From Thermoplasmata archaeon (GTDB lineage Archaea > Thermoplasmatota > Thermoplasmata > Lutacidiplasmatales > UBA184): a stretch of 64,000 bases of DNA. A model generated the notes under the pieces. That model ran no database searches and had not been told where the DNA came from. It was given only the letters and a program-made list of their open reading frames with translations. The translations under genes were made by a program, and so were the position numbers. The DNA is taken from contig JAKAYT010000002.1 in NCBI GenBank assembly GCA_021826685.1, positions 27,123-91,122 of the forward strand, in the 5' to 3' direction. Below, in pieces: positions 9,400-18,974 of the stretch. Position 1 is the stretch's first letter, and each line of letters begins with the position of its first letter.

Positions 9400-10664
9400 G
9401 CCTCGACCGCGCCCGTCGGGACTTCCCGGCGCTGAGGCGTCGTCGCGGGAAGCGCCCCCCGACCTACCTCGATTCGGCCTGTATCTCCCTCGTTCCGCGC
9501 GCGACCGTGAACGCCATGGAGGAGTACTATGCAGAGTACCCGGCATGCGCCGGACGCAGCTTCCATCGATGGTCCGAGACCGTCGGTCGTCGGTACGAGG
9601 AGGCCCGCGAGGCCATCGCCCGCTTCGCGGGAGCCTCGGACCCCACCGGGCTCATCTTCCTACGGAACACCACCGAAGCGATCAACCTCGTCGGCCAAGG
9701 ACTCGCATGGAAGCGCGGAGAGCGGGTGCTGATCACCGGCCAGGAGCACAACTCGAACCTGATCGTGTGGCAGCGGCTCGCCGCCGAACGGGGGATCCGC
9801 ATCGAAGTGCTGGATCTGCCCGAAGACGGCAGCTTCCCGTCCGAAGCGCTGGAGGAGCGCCTCGCCGGTGGGATCCGGTTGGTCAGCGTGTTCCATGCCT
9901 CGAACCTCGACGGACGAAGCCTCCCGATCCGCGAGATCGTCGAGCGCGCGCATGATCGCGGCACGCTCTGCCTGTTCGATGGGGCCCAGTCGGCGCCGCA
10001 TCGGGCGATCCACTTTGACCGGGTCGGCGCGGACTTCTACGCGTTCAGCGGGCACAAGATGCTCGGACCCACCGGAACGGGACTGCTGCTCGGTCGCCGA
10101 GAGCATCTGGAAGAGCTCCGCCCGCTCGTCGTCGGCGGGGAGACCGTCGCCTGGAGCCGCTTGGACGCGCACGAACTGCGTCCCCCCCCGTATCGGTTCG
10201 AGGCGGGCCTTCAGAACTATGCCGGGGTTCTCGGCGCCCGCGCGGGGATCGACTACCTCGTGGGCTGCGGACTTGCCGAGGTCGAGGCGCGGCAACGCGA
10301 GCTCAACCGTTTCGTGACCCGCGCGCTCGCGGAGGAGCCGAGGATCCACGTGCTGGGCCCGGCCGACCCCGCCGATCGCCCGAGCATCTTTGGCTTCACG
10401 GTGGACGGCATCGATCCGCATGACGTCGCTCTATTCCTCGACTCCGGCTACCAGGTCCTCGTCCGGTCGGGCATGCACTGCGTCCACTCTTGGTACGACC
10501 GCCGAGGGATCGCCGGTAGCGTGCGCGCGTCCTTCTACCTGTACAACGACCGCTATGACGCGACGGCCCTGGTACGCGGGCTGCGCGAGCTCATCCGTAG
10601 GGTCCCGAGCGGGTCCTCCGCGAGGGTTCGGTCGCGGATCCGTCCGCGAACGGATCCGGGCTAG
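9396..10664 (+). CDS. cysteine desulfurase (class V aminotransferase, SufS/CsdA-like)
   Basis: ATG at 9396 overlaps the M20 stop (ATGA), in frame with ORF 8265..10664. Motifs FSGHKMLGPTGTGLL (PLP-Lys) and SGMHCVH. The ORF-track N-terminal 377 aa are frame junk. Confidence 0.8.
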   Translation: MSLDRARRDFPALRRRRGKRPPTYLDSACISLVPRATVNAMEEYYAEYPACAGRSFHRWSETVGRRYEEAREAIARFAGASDPTGLIFLRNTTEAINLVGQGLAWKRGERVLITGQEHNSNLIVWQRLAAERGIRIEVLDLPEDGSFPSEALEERLAGGIRLVSVFHASNLDGRSLPIREIVERAHDRGTLCLFDGAQSAPHRAIHFDRVGADFYAFSGHKMLGPTGTGLLLGRREHLEELRPLVVGGETVAWSRLDAHELRPPPYRFEAGLQNYAGVLGARAGIDYLVGCGLAEVEARQRELNRFVTRALAEEPRIHVLGPADPADRPSIFGFTVDGIDPHDVALFLDSGYQVLVRSGMHCVHSWYDRRGIAGSVRASFYLYNDRYDATALVRGLRELIRRVPSGSSARVRSRIRPRTDPG

Positions 10665-11044
10665 AGCGCCTTCTCGGCGATCTGGCCCAGCTCGCTGCTC
10701 ACGAGGCTGACGACCTGCTGGGAGATCATCCGCCGGACATCCTCGGGGAGGGTGGAGACGCCCAGTCGAGCGGACAACGTGGCTACCCGCAGGATCGCGG
10801 CGTACTCGCGCGCCCGCGCATCGAGCAACTGGCGGATCGCATCGCGGAGTTCCTCGGCGAGCTTCGGGTCGTCGCGAAGCTTCTTTTCGATGTGGTGGCG
10901 GATCTCGTCCTTGACGATGTCCCGGGTCGCCTCCCGCACGAGCTCTTCCGGGCGCAGGAGGTCCCGCGTGCTCCGGACGAGCAAGTCTAACGGCTCGGCC
11001 GTCGGATCCTCTGCCATCGGTGCCGGATGGGGTGCCGCGCGCAT
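10661..11044 (-). CDS. hypothetical small charged alpha-helical protein
   Basis: ORF with protein-like, Lys-containing composition that contrasts with the GC-driven junk frames. Alternative start at Met10 (11017). Convergent with the desulfurase. Confidence 0.45.
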   Translation of the reverse strand: MRAAPHPAPMAEDPTAEPLDLLVRSTRDLLRPEELVREATRDIVKDEIRHHIEKKLRDDPKLAEELRDAIRQLLDARAREYAAILRVATLSARLGVSTLPEDVRRMISQQVVSLVSSELGQIAEKAL

Positions 11045-11303
11045 AAGCTTGCCGAGGAGCGGGGGCGCGCGCTCTCGGTCCGCCGCGCCGGCGTCGGTCG
11101 GGCGCGAAGCGTTTATCCTCGGGTTCGCGTGGCACCCGAGGGTTGGGCCGGTAGATCAGCGGAAGATCGCTACCTTGGCAAGGTAGAGGTCGCGAGTTCA
11201 AAGGGGGACGCCCCGCGGGGCGCTCCCGGAAAGTCTCGCCCGGTCCACTCCCACGGACCATACGTCAACTGTCGACAGGCCCCATCGACACCAAGCACGA
11301 TGA

Positions 11304-11309
11304 TTTATA
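11304..11309 (+). promoter_or_regulatory. archaeal TATA box TTTATA, about 25 bp upstream of GTG 11332 (leaderless)
   Basis: Read directly in the 290-bp intergenic region. Confidence 0.45.
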
Positions 11310-11331
11310 GGCCGGATTTTCTCGCGGGGCC

Positions 11332-12009
11332 GTGGAATCCGAGATCGAAGAGAAGATCGCCGGAGAGGTCGTCCTTTCCCCGCACCCGGGCCGCACCCTT
11401 CGCAAGTGGCGCGAGGACTTCGGGGTCTCCCAGTTGGACCTCGCCCGCACGCTCGAGACCGGGCCGAGCGTGATCAGCGACTACGAATCCGAACGGCGGG
11501 TGAGTCCCGGGGCGGGGTTTATCCGGCGCTACGTCCAAGGGCTGCTCGCGGTCGACCGGACGCACGGCGGACGCGTCGTCCAGCGGCTCGGCGCCCGACC
11601 TCACTCCGAAGGCATCCTGGCGATCCGAGAGTTCCGGGTGGCGGTCCCGCTGCGCGTCTTTGCCGACTCGATCCATGCGAAACCGATCGGCTCGGTGGGG
11701 CTCGACCGGGACATTCATGGCTTCACCCTGCTCGACGCGCTGCGCGCGATCCTTTCGATCGACGCATCCCGCTTCGTCGAGTTCTACGGTTGGACGACCC
11801 AACGAGCGTTGCTCTTCACGAACGTACGCTACGGCCGCAGCCCGATGGTGGCCATCCGAGCCCACCCCCTCAAGCCCGCGGCGGTCGTCTTTCTGAGCCC
11901 CGGACGCATCGATCCCCTCGCCGTACGCCTGAGCGAGGTCGAGGACATCCCGCTCCTCACGACGGCTCTCACACCGGCAACGGTGGCCGAGCGCCTGGAG
12001 GAGATCTAG
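11332..12009 (+). CDS. XRE-family HTH transcriptional regulator with C-terminal domain of unknown function
   Basis: [35 protein letters not shown] is an HTH_3 motif. It sits immediately upstream of the HMGCS operon. Confidence 0.7.
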   Translation: MESEIEEKIAGEVVLSPHPGRTLRKWREDFGVSQLDLARTLETGPSVISDYESERRVSPGAGFIRRYVQGLLAVDRTHGGRVVQRLGARPHSEGILAIREFRVAVPLRVFADSIHAKPIGSVGLDRDIHGFTLLDALRAILSIDASRFVEFYGWTTQRALLFTNVRYGRSPMVAIRAHPLKPAAVVFLSPGRIDPLAVRLSEVEDIPLLTTALTPATVAERLEEI

Positions 12010-12029
12010 AACCGAGGACGGAAGCAACG

Positions 12030-13082
12030 ATGGAAGCAGGGATTGTCAGCTACGGGGCCTATGTGCCGCGCTACCGGATCACGCCCGCAGAGATCGGAAA
12101 GGTCTGGGGTACCGATGGCGTCGGGATGGGGAAAAATCTCAACGTGCACCGAAAGAGCGTGCCATCGCCGGACGAGGACACGATCACGATCTCGACGGAG
12201 GCCTTGCGCCTCGCGCTCGCGCGGGGAGGGATCGACCCGCAGACCATCGGGGCCCTGTACGTGGGCTCGGAGTCCCACCCGTACGCGGTCAAACCGACGG
12301 CCACGGTGGTCGCGCAGGCCGTGGGGGCGACCCCGTTCCTCACCGCGGCGGACTTCGAGTTCGCGTGCAAGGCGGGAACGGCCGCGATCCAGACCTGCCT
12401 CGGACTCGTCGGCGCCGGGATGATCCGCTACGGGGTGGCGATCGGTTCGGACACGAGCCAGGGGGCTCCGGGCGATGCGCTCGAGTACAGCGCCAGCGCG
12501 GGCGGTGCCGCCTTCGTGCTCGGACGCGAGCACGTGATCGCGAAAGTCCACCACACCGTCTCCTACACGACCGACACACCGGACTTCTGGCGCCGCGAGG
12601 GCCAGCGCTACCCGAGCCACGGGGGACGTTTCACGGGCGAACCGGCGTACTTCCGCCACGTCACGGAGTGCGCCCAGAAGATCATGGAGGTCGCGGGCAC
12701 TGAGGCGAAGAACTACGCGCACGTCGTCTTCCACCAGCCGAACGGAAAGTTCCCCCAGCGGGTCGGTAAGACCCTCGGGTTCAACGAGACGCAGATGCGC
12801 TACGGCCTCGTGACTCCGTACATCGGCAACACCTACTCGGGCGCGGCACTGATCGGGCTCGCCAACGTGCTCGATCACGCCGGCCCGGGAGAACGCATCC
12901 TCGTCGTAGGCTACGGCTCGGGCGCGGGATCGGATGCCTTCGATCTCGTGACTACCGACGAACTCGGAACGTTCCCCCGCGACCTGGGACGCCCGGTGCA
13001 GGAATTCCTCGATAAGGGCCAAGAGATCCCCTACTCCATCTACGCGAAGTTCCGCGGAAAGATCCACATGGGGGAGAACTAG
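12030..13082 (+). CDS. hydroxymethylglutaryl-CoA synthase (archaeal type)
   Basis: [44 protein letters not shown] at 12030 lies within ORF 11406..13082. Confidence 0.85.
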   Translation: MEAGIVSYGAYVPRYRITPAEIGKVWGTDGVGMGKNLNVHRKSVPSPDEDTITISTEALRLALARGGIDPQTIGALYVGSESHPYAVKPTATVVAQAVGATPFLTAADFEFACKAGTAAIQTCLGLVGAGMIRYGVAIGSDTSQGAPGDALEYSASAGGAAFVLGREHVIAKVHHTVSYTTDTPDFWRREGQRYPSHGGRFTGEPAYFRHVTECAQKIMEVAGTEAKNYAHVVFHQPNGKFPQRVGKTLGFNETQMRYGLVTPYIGNTYSGAALIGLANVLDHAGPGERILVVGYGSGAGSDAFDLVTTDELGTFPRDLGRPVQEFLDKGQEIPYSIYAKFRGKIHMGEN

Positions 13083-14255
13083 ATGCGGGACGTCGCAATC
13101 CTCGGCGCGGGGATGACCCGGTTCGGGGAGCTCTGGGACCGGTCGTTCCGCGAGATCGGGATCGAGGCCGGCCTCGGCGCCATGGTCGACGCACGGGTGT
13201 CCAGCGCCCAGCTGGATGGCGTCTACTTCGGCAATATGGCCGCGGGCTCGCTCATCGAGCAGGAGCACATCGCTCCGCTCATCCTCGACTACGCCGGACT
13301 CGGCAGCCGCCACCTTCCCGCGATCCGGGTGGAGGGAGGGGGCGCCTCGGGCGCGCTCGCCCTCCACGAAGGGTACCTCGCCGTCGCCAGCGGACTCTAC
13401 GACATCGTGGTCGTCGGAGGCGCCGAGAAGATGACGGACGTGACGGACGAGCGCGGCAGCGACATCGCGAGCGCGACGGCCGATCACGAGTGGGAGGTCG
13501 TCTTCGGAGCGACCCTTCCGTCGCTCTGGGGCATGATCGCGCGACGTCACATGCACGAGTTCGGCACGAAGCGCGAAGAGTTCGCGCAGGTGAGCGTCCA
13601 CGACCACGAGATGGGCAGCAAGAACCCGAACGCGCACTACCGCAACCGGATCACGCTCCCGCAGGTGCTCGGCGCCGGACCGGTCGCGGAACCGCTCGGC
13701 ATGCTCGATTGCGCCCCGCTATCGGACGGTGCCGCGGCGGTCGTGCTCGGGCCGCTCGAGATCGCGCGCAAGTACACCGACACCCCGATCCGGATCGCCG
13801 CGAGCCAGGTCGCGACCGATTCCATGGCGCTACAGCACCGGCGGGAGATCACCACGGTCGACGCCACGGTCGAGTCCGCGCAGCGCGCCTTTCGCCTCGC
13901 GCGTCGGGCCCCGAGCGACGTCCAGGTCGCCGAGATCCATGACGCCTATTCGATCGCGGCCCTGGTTTCGCTCGAGGACCTCGGCTTCGTGCCGAAGGGG
14001 AAGGGCGGTCCCGAGTTCGCGTCGGGCCGGTTCGCCCATGGCGGGGCCGGCCCCACGGTCAACACGTCCGGCGGACTGAAGTCGCAGGGCCGGCCGTTCG
14101 GCGCCGTGGGTATCGCCCAGGTGGTGGAGCTCGTCCGGCAGCTCCGCGGCGAGGCGAAGGACCGGCAAGTCTCCGGCGCGCAGCTCGGTCTTGCCCATAA
14201 TCTCGGCGGCACCGGCGCGACGAGCGTCGTTCACCTCCTGGAGCGGGTGAACTAG
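13083..14255 (+). CDS. acetyl-CoA C-acetyltransferase (archaeal SCP-x-type thiolase)
   Basis: MRDVAILGAGMTRFGE..CAPLSDGAAAVVL..NTSGGLKSQGRPFGAVG. Start is immediately after the HMGCS stop. Confidence 0.85.
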   Translation: MRDVAILGAGMTRFGELWDRSFREIGIEAGLGAMVDARVSSAQLDGVYFGNMAAGSLIEQEHIAPLILDYAGLGSRHLPAIRVEGGGASGALALHEGYLAVASGLYDIVVVGGAEKMTDVTDERGSDIASATADHEWEVVFGATLPSLWGMIARRHMHEFGTKREEFAQVSVHDHEMGSKNPNAHYRNRITLPQVLGAGPVAEPLGMLDCAPLSDGAAAVVLGPLEIARKYTDTPIRIAASQVATDSMALQHRREITTVDATVESAQRAFRLARRAPSDVQVAEIHDAYSIAALVSLEDLGFVPKGKGGPEFASGRFAHGGAGPTVNTSGGLKSQGRPFGAVGIAQVVELVRQLRGEAKDRQVSGAQLGLAHNLGGTGATSVVHLLERVN

Positions 14256-14265
14256 GAGGGCGGCC

Positions 14266-14760
14266 ATGTCGATCGCACGATTCTGGAGAGAGACGCCCCA
14301 GCGCTACAACCTCGGCGGATCGAAGTGCTCGGACTGCTCCACCGTCTACTTCCCCCCACGTTCGGTGTGCCCCAACTGCTCGAGCCATCGCCGTTCGATC
14401 GGCCGCATGGTCCCGTTCCAGCTGTCCGGCGATGGGGAGGTCTTCTCCTACACTATCGTCCACGAGGCGGCGGAGGGGTTCGACATGCAAGTGCCCTACG
14501 TCCTCGCGCTCGTCAAGACCGTCGAAGGGCCGATGCTCACCGGTCAGGTCGTCGACATCGAGACCGGCGAGATCCGCATCGGCCTTCCGGTGCGCGCGAT
14601 GTTCCGCAAGCTCCGCGAGGAGGGAAAGGCCGGGGTCATCCACTACGGGTACAAGTTCGCTCCGCGGGAGGAGGACCGGGCTCCGGACACACCGCCGGGC
14701 CAACGGGACGTGGCCCGCGCCGCGACCCCTGACGCGGAGCGGGGACCTACGACGGCGTGA
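14266..14760 (+). CDS. DUF35 zinc-ribbon / OB-fold protein (scaffold of the thiolase/HMGCS complex)
   Basis: CSDCSTVYFPPRSVCPNCSS is a rubredoxin-like Zn ribbon, followed by an OB-fold region. Gene order HMGCS-thiolase-DUF35. Confidence 0.8.
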   Translation: MSIARFWRETPQRYNLGGSKCSDCSTVYFPPRSVCPNCSSHRRSIGRMVPFQLSGDGEVFSYTIVHEAAEGFDMQVPYVLALVKTVEGPMLTGQVVDIETGEIRIGLPVRAMFRKLREEGKAGVIHYGYKFAPREEDRAPDTPPGQRDVARAATPDAERGPTTA

Positions 14761-15494
14761 GCGACGAACCCCCTCCGCGCGACGAGCTTCGGTCCCCGGA
14801 CGAGGAGTACGCCCGGGATTACACCGACGGCTACGCCGAAGGCGTCCGCAGCGCGCTGCGCGAGATCCTGGCCTACGCGGCCCGCGGGCACACGATCGCC
14901 GAACTCCGCTACCTCGTCCAGAGCCGGCTCGCGCAGCTTCCGGACGAGGTCGATCACAAGCGCCGAATCCTGCTGGCGCTCCCGCGCGGAGGGTCGGCGT
15001 GGGGTAGCCCGACGCGTCCGCTCTCGCCCCCGCGGCCGTGGCAGGGCGTCGGCGGGACGACCCGGGTCATCGCCGGCCGAACCTACCTGGTCCGCGAAGC
15101 GAAGCCCCGTCGGGCGCTCGAGATGGTCGGGGACGCGGCCGTGTCCTTCCGGCGGATCGTCGCGATCTCGGCGAACCCTCCGACCTTTCCGCGCGTGGAC
15201 CCCGATCACGTCCGCACCTTCTCGCTCGCCGCGACGGATGAGGGACCCTCGATCGAGTCTCTCGGCGGCGACGTCCGGGCCTTCCTGAACGAGAACCCGG
15301 AGACGATCGTGTACTTCGATGGTCTCGAAGAACTCCGCCTGCACGTCGGCAGCGCGGCCATGTTGCGGTTCGTACAGTGGCTCGTCCAGGAGTCGCAGAA
15401 CGCCCGCGGAGCCTTGGTCGCGGTCGTCCACCCCCAAACGCTCGACCCGAAGGAGCAGGCCGCACTCGAGCACTTCTTTCAAGTGCTCGCATAG
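14757..15494 (+). CDS. hypothetical protein (possibly DUF835-like archaeal domain; unverified)
   Basis: Protein-like composition (W, F, Y, N, Q present). ATG overlaps the DUF35 stop (ATGA). Confidence 0.55.
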   Translation: MSDEPPPRDELRSPDEEYARDYTDGYAEGVRSALREILAYAARGHTIAELRYLVQSRLAQLPDEVDHKRRILLALPRGGSAWGSPTRPLSPPRPWQGVGGTTRVIAGRTYLVREAKPRRALEMVGDAAVSFRRIVAISANPPTFPRVDPDHVRTFSLAATDEGPSIESLGGDVRAFLNENPETIVYFDGLEELRLHVGSAAMLRFVQWLVQESQNARGALVAVVHPQTLDPKEQAALEHFFQVLA

Positions 15495-15509
15495 GCACTA
15501 GCTTCACCG

Positions 15510-16709
15510 ATGCAGATCGCGTTCTTCACCGATTCCTACCTCCCGACCAAGGACGGGACCGCGGTCGTCGTGGACGGGCTCGCACGCGCGCTGAACCGGC
15601 TCGGCCACCGGGTAGGGATCTACGCCCCGCGGCCCGACGCGGGAGCGACCGAGGTCAGCGACGAGGGGGGGATCGAGGTCGTTCGTGTGCGATCGCACGC
15701 CGTGCCCCTCTACCCGGAGTACCGTTGGCCCTACGCTCTCAGCCTATTGCGGGCGGTCCGAGGGCTATCGGCCGCCCGCGCGCCGGACGTCGTCCACGTG
15801 CACACTCCCGGCCTCGTCGGTACGAGCGGCTTCTTCCTCGCGCGCCGGACCGGCGTTCCTCTCGTCGGCACATTCCATACCGACCTTGGCGCGATGGAGG
15901 AGAGCGTCCGAGCCAAGGCCGGGGTCCCGACGTTCTTCCGGCTCGCCAGCTGGTACAGCCTCGGCGTGTACTGGCGGTGCAACCGGGCCGTGGCGCCGAC
16001 CTCGCTCGCCCGGGCGCGGATGGTCGAGACCGCGACGAAGCCGTTCACGACCCCGATCGAGGTCGTGCCGAACGGGATCGATCTGGAACGCTACCATCCG
16101 GGGATCGCCCAGCCGGATTGGCGGGCGCGATGCGGGCTCGAGGGCGGGGCGCTGATCACCTACCTCGGGCGCCTCACGGCCGACAAGGGGGTCCATCGCT
16201 TCTTGGATGCGATCTCTTCGCTACAAGCAACCCACGACGTCCGCGCGATCATCGCGGGGCGCGGCCCGGAGGAGGCGGTCCTGCGCGCCCGGCTCGCGGG
16301 GGATCCGGAACTCGGACGGTGCGTTCGCTACGTGGGGCCGGTCGTCGAGGAAGAGAAGCCCGCGCTTCTCGCCCAGAGCGATCTCTTCGTCCTCCCCTCG
16401 ACCTCGGACACTTCGAGCGTCGCGCTCCTGGAGGCGATGGCGTGCGGAACGGCGGTGGTCGGGCCGACCGAGGGGGGTCCCGCCGAAATCGTCCGCGACC
16501 GCGAGACCGGACGAAAGGCATCGATGCGGATCGAGGGGGCGCTGGGCGCGACGATCCGCGAGCTTCTGGACGACCCGGCCGAGCGCCGTGCGCTGGCCGA
16601 ACGCGGCCGGAGGTTCGTCCGGGAGAACGCGTCGATCGAGACGATGGCCGCCCGGTATGCGGCGATCTACGCAGAGCTCGTGTCGGGTCGGACCGCCGGG
16701 GGCGCGTGA
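15510..16709 (+). CDS. GT4-family glycosyltransferase
   Basis: MQIAFFTDSYLPTKDGTAVVV..FVLPSTSDTSSVALLEAMACGTAVVG is the GT-B EX7E region. Confidence 0.8.
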   Translation: MQIAFFTDSYLPTKDGTAVVVDGLARALNRLGHRVGIYAPRPDAGATEVSDEGGIEVVRVRSHAVPLYPEYRWPYALSLLRAVRGLSAARAPDVVHVHTPGLVGTSGFFLARRTGVPLVGTFHTDLGAMEESVRAKAGVPTFFRLASWYSLGVYWRCNRAVAPTSLARARMVETATKPFTTPIEVVPNGIDLERYHPGIAQPDWRARCGLEGGALITYLGRLTADKGVHRFLDAISSLQATHDVRAIIAGRGPEEAVLRARLAGDPELGRCVRYVGPVVEEEKPALLAQSDLFVLPSTSDTSSVALLEAMACGTAVVGPTEGGPAEIVRDRETGRKASMRIEGALGATIRELLDDPAERRALAERGRRFVRENASIETMAARYAAIYAELVSGRTAGGA

Positions 16710-16855
16710 GAAGGGAGGGCAGGCGGGCCTGTCGGGAGTCTCCGGCGGGGGCGCGTCCCGCCCCGGCCCTTTGAACCCGAGTTTGCTGGCTTAGAAGGCC
16801 AGTGCTTCGTCCGAGCTAAGCTACAGGCCCACGGGGGCCATCGAGATCGGTTCCC

Positions 16856-17425
16856 TTAATGCTTCGCGCGCGCCCAAGGGACCGTTCGGGCCCGGGCCGA
16901 CGCGATCAAATGCGCCAGCCGAAGCGGCTCGGGCCAATACCCTCGCCGGGTCGCCCGCGCCAGCAGCGCCCGCGCGTCCCGGCGGGTCGCCCCGACGACG
17001 CTCGCGTGGATCGGCAGCGCTCCCGTCGGCACGGGAAAGAGCCGGTGCGCTGCGAGCTTTCTCCATCGAGCCCGCCCGTCCCGCGGGAACCACTTCACCA
17101 GCGCGCGACGGATCCGCACCCGGTCGGGCTCGCGGCGGGTCACGCAAATGACCGGCAGCCTCGTGGCGCGGTGCAGACGATCGAGATCCACGACATTGAA
17201 CCCGCCGACCACCGTTCCGTCCAAGAGCACCGCGCGAAGGTCTTCCCCGTGGCCGGTGGCCTCGATGAGCGCGACGATCCGTTCCGTCGCATCGATGCCG
17301 TCGACCGCGACCGATCCGATGCGGACGGCCTCGACCTCGTCCGGTAGAGAGACGACCACCGCGCAGATCGGCGCACGGCGGTCCGTGCGGCGGAACCGAC
17401 CGTCGTCGATGGCCACCAGACGCAC
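16856..17425 (-). CDS. DUF99 / UPF0215 family protein
   Basis: VRLVAIDDGRF..VDGIDATERI..LDGTVVGGFNVVDLDRL..PVICVTRREPD. The likely start is GTG at 17425. The ORF-track extension to 17653 is Arg/Gly-rich and probably not coding. Confidence 0.6.
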   Translation of the reverse strand: MRLVAIDDGRFRRTDRRAPICAVVVSLPDEVEAVRIGSVAVDGIDATERIVALIEATGHGEDLRAVLLDGTVVGGFNVVDLDRLHRATRLPVICVTRREPDRVRIRRALVKWFPRDGRARWRKLAAHRLFPVPTGALPIHASVVGATRRDARALLARATRRGYWPEPLRLAHLIASARARTVPWARAKH

Positions 17426-17485
17426 GTGGGGCTTCGTGAGAGCGCGCCGTAAGGATATGAAGCGGCCCCGGGTCCCGGATGCGCT

Positions 17486-18448
17486 ATGGCGACGGCGCCC
17501 CCGATGGTTCGCTGTCCGCGGTGCGGAGCGGCGACCCCGGTCCCGGCCCCTGCCCCCACGTCCACGGTTTGGGTCGCGTGCTCCCATTGCGGAGGTCCAG
17601 TGCCGATCGTCCCGGCACGGGCCGTCCCTCCTCGGTACACCTGGGAGGTGCACCCCGGGCTATATCCCGTGCAGCCTGCCCTCCATCCCCCCCGCTTCCG
17701 CTGGCGCCGCCTCGTCGTAGCGGTGCTGATCCCCATCGTTCTCGTGGGATTCGCGCTGATCGGGATCACCGGCTATTACGACTACGGCCTCGGCCAACCC
17801 GGGACGTTCGCGGTCTCGGGGACGGTTCTCGGAGCGGACGGGAGCGCTCTGGCCGGGGCTCACGTCGTGCTGGACAAGGTCGTCAACGGGGTAGCCGTGC
17901 CCACTTCCACGTCCACGACCACCGCACTGGACGGGACGTTCGATTTTGCCACGGGAGTTCCGACCGGATACCTCGTGTTCAATGTGACCGAGAGTGCGGG
18001 AGCGCTCTCGCCGTGGATCCTCGTCGTGAGCTACGTCTCCCCTTCCTACGATGCCGGCAGCACGGGGGTCGCCGTCTCGTTTGCCAACTCGGTGGCCGGG
18101 TCGAACCAAACGATCGACCTCAGCCCTTACGGCCTATCCGCCATCGCCTACGTGCCCGACTACGTCGGCAGCGCGGGAGCCATCGCGGGCATCGCCGCGC
18201 TGATCGCTCTTGGGGGCGCTATAGCGGTATGGCGCGCGGATCGACCCGCGATGGGAATCGTCGGCGGCGCGGCCGGCCTCGGGATCTTCGCGGGATTCCT
18301 CGCGACCGGCGCGGGATACGCGTTCCCGTTGCTCCTGCTCGTCTCCGCCGCAGGGGCGGCCCTTGGCGCCTTCGTGTTCTCGATCGCGTGGATCGAGCTG
18401 ATCCAGGTCCGCGAACGCGGTCGACCTCCCGGCCAACGGGCCGGCTGA
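17486..18448 (+). CDS. membrane protein: N-terminal double zinc ribbon, TM helix, CarboxypepD-regulatory-like beta domain, C-terminal TM helices
   Basis: CPRCG..CSHCG; TM LVVAVLIPIVLVGFALIGI; VSGTVLGADGSALAGAHVVLDKV..TDGTFDF; Gly/Ala-rich C-terminal TMs. Confidence 0.6.
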   Translation: MATAPPMVRCPRCGAATPVPAPAPTSTVWVACSHCGGPVPIVPARAVPPRYTWEVHPGLYPVQPALHPPRFRWRRLVVAVLIPIVLVGFALIGITGYYDYGLGQPGTFAVSGTVLGADGSALAGAHVVLDKVVNGVAVPTSTSTTTALDGTFDFATGVPTGYLVFNVTESAGALSPWILVVSYVSPSYDAGSTGVAVSFANSVAGSNQTIDLSPYGLSAIAYVPDYVGSAGAIAGIAALIALGGAIAVWRADRPAMGIVGGAAGLGIFAGFLATGAGYAFPLLLLVSAAGAALGAFVFSIAWIELIQVRERGRPPGQRAG

Positions 18449-18449
18449 A

Positions 18450-18908
18450 CTAGCTGCGGTCCGAGATCGGTCGCCGACCTTGGAATCCGGAACCGAGCTG
18501 GTGGTAGAACGCGACTCGGTCCTCGCCGGTCTTCCAGCAGAGGTAGACGATCTCGCCGTTCCGTCGGGCGTAAAAGTCCACGAGTCCGCCCTCGAGGTCC
18601 TTGATCTCGATCCCGTCGGCGCGCAACTCCTCGATCGTCTCCTCGATCCGGCGGGACAGGGCCGCCCACTCCTGATCGAGGCGATCCTTGTGACGACGGT
18701 CGGGAAGGTCCACCGCGTCGATCTCCGCTCCCCAGAGTCCCCGCAACCGGTGGAGTTCGGCATGGACGACCCGCAACCGTTCGACCCACACGCGCAGCTC
18801 GGGGATCAGCTCGGAAAGCTCGCCGATCCGCTCGTTGGCCTGAGCGACGGTCCAGAGCCGGACCGCCCGCTGGCGACCGACCTCGTCGGCCGACTCTCGC
18901 TTCGCCAT
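18450..18908 (-). CDS. DUF2203 family protein
   Basis: LWTVAQANERIGELSELIPEL..GIEIKDLEGGLVDFYARRNGEIVYLCWKTGEDRVAFYHQLGSGFQGRRPI matches the family signature as remembered. Confidence 0.65.
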   Translation of the reverse strand: MAKRESADEVGRQRAVRLWTVAQANERIGELSELIPELRVWVERLRVVHAELHRLRGLWGAEIDAVDLPDRRHKDRLDQEWAALSRRIEETIEELRADGIEIKDLEGGLVDFYARRNGEIVYLCWKTGEDRVAFYHQLGSGFQGRRPISDRS

Positions 18909-18942
18909 CGTCCCTCTGGGACGTACTAACCCAGTTCTGACT

Positions 18943-18948
18943 ATATAC
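18943..18948 (-). promoter_or_regulatory. TATATA box about 37 bp upstream of the DUF2203 start
   Basis: Read directly. Confidence 0.35.
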
Positions 18949-18974
18949 GGACCCGGTCGAACGCGGGTAACCAG

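Noticed and set aside
16765-16850. tRNA-like element between the GT4 and DUF99 genes. A 5-bp stem with 7-nt loop CTGGC-TTAGAAG-GCCAG, readable on the minus strand as an Arg(TCT) anticodon arm, preceded by a D-arm-like GCTT...AAGC.
   Set aside because: No T-arm (GTTCRANYC) or 7-bp acceptor stem can be formed on either strand. It is more likely a fortuitous hairpin or a terminator-like structure (there is also a GGGGCG-N5-CGCCCC hairpin at 16747-16763).
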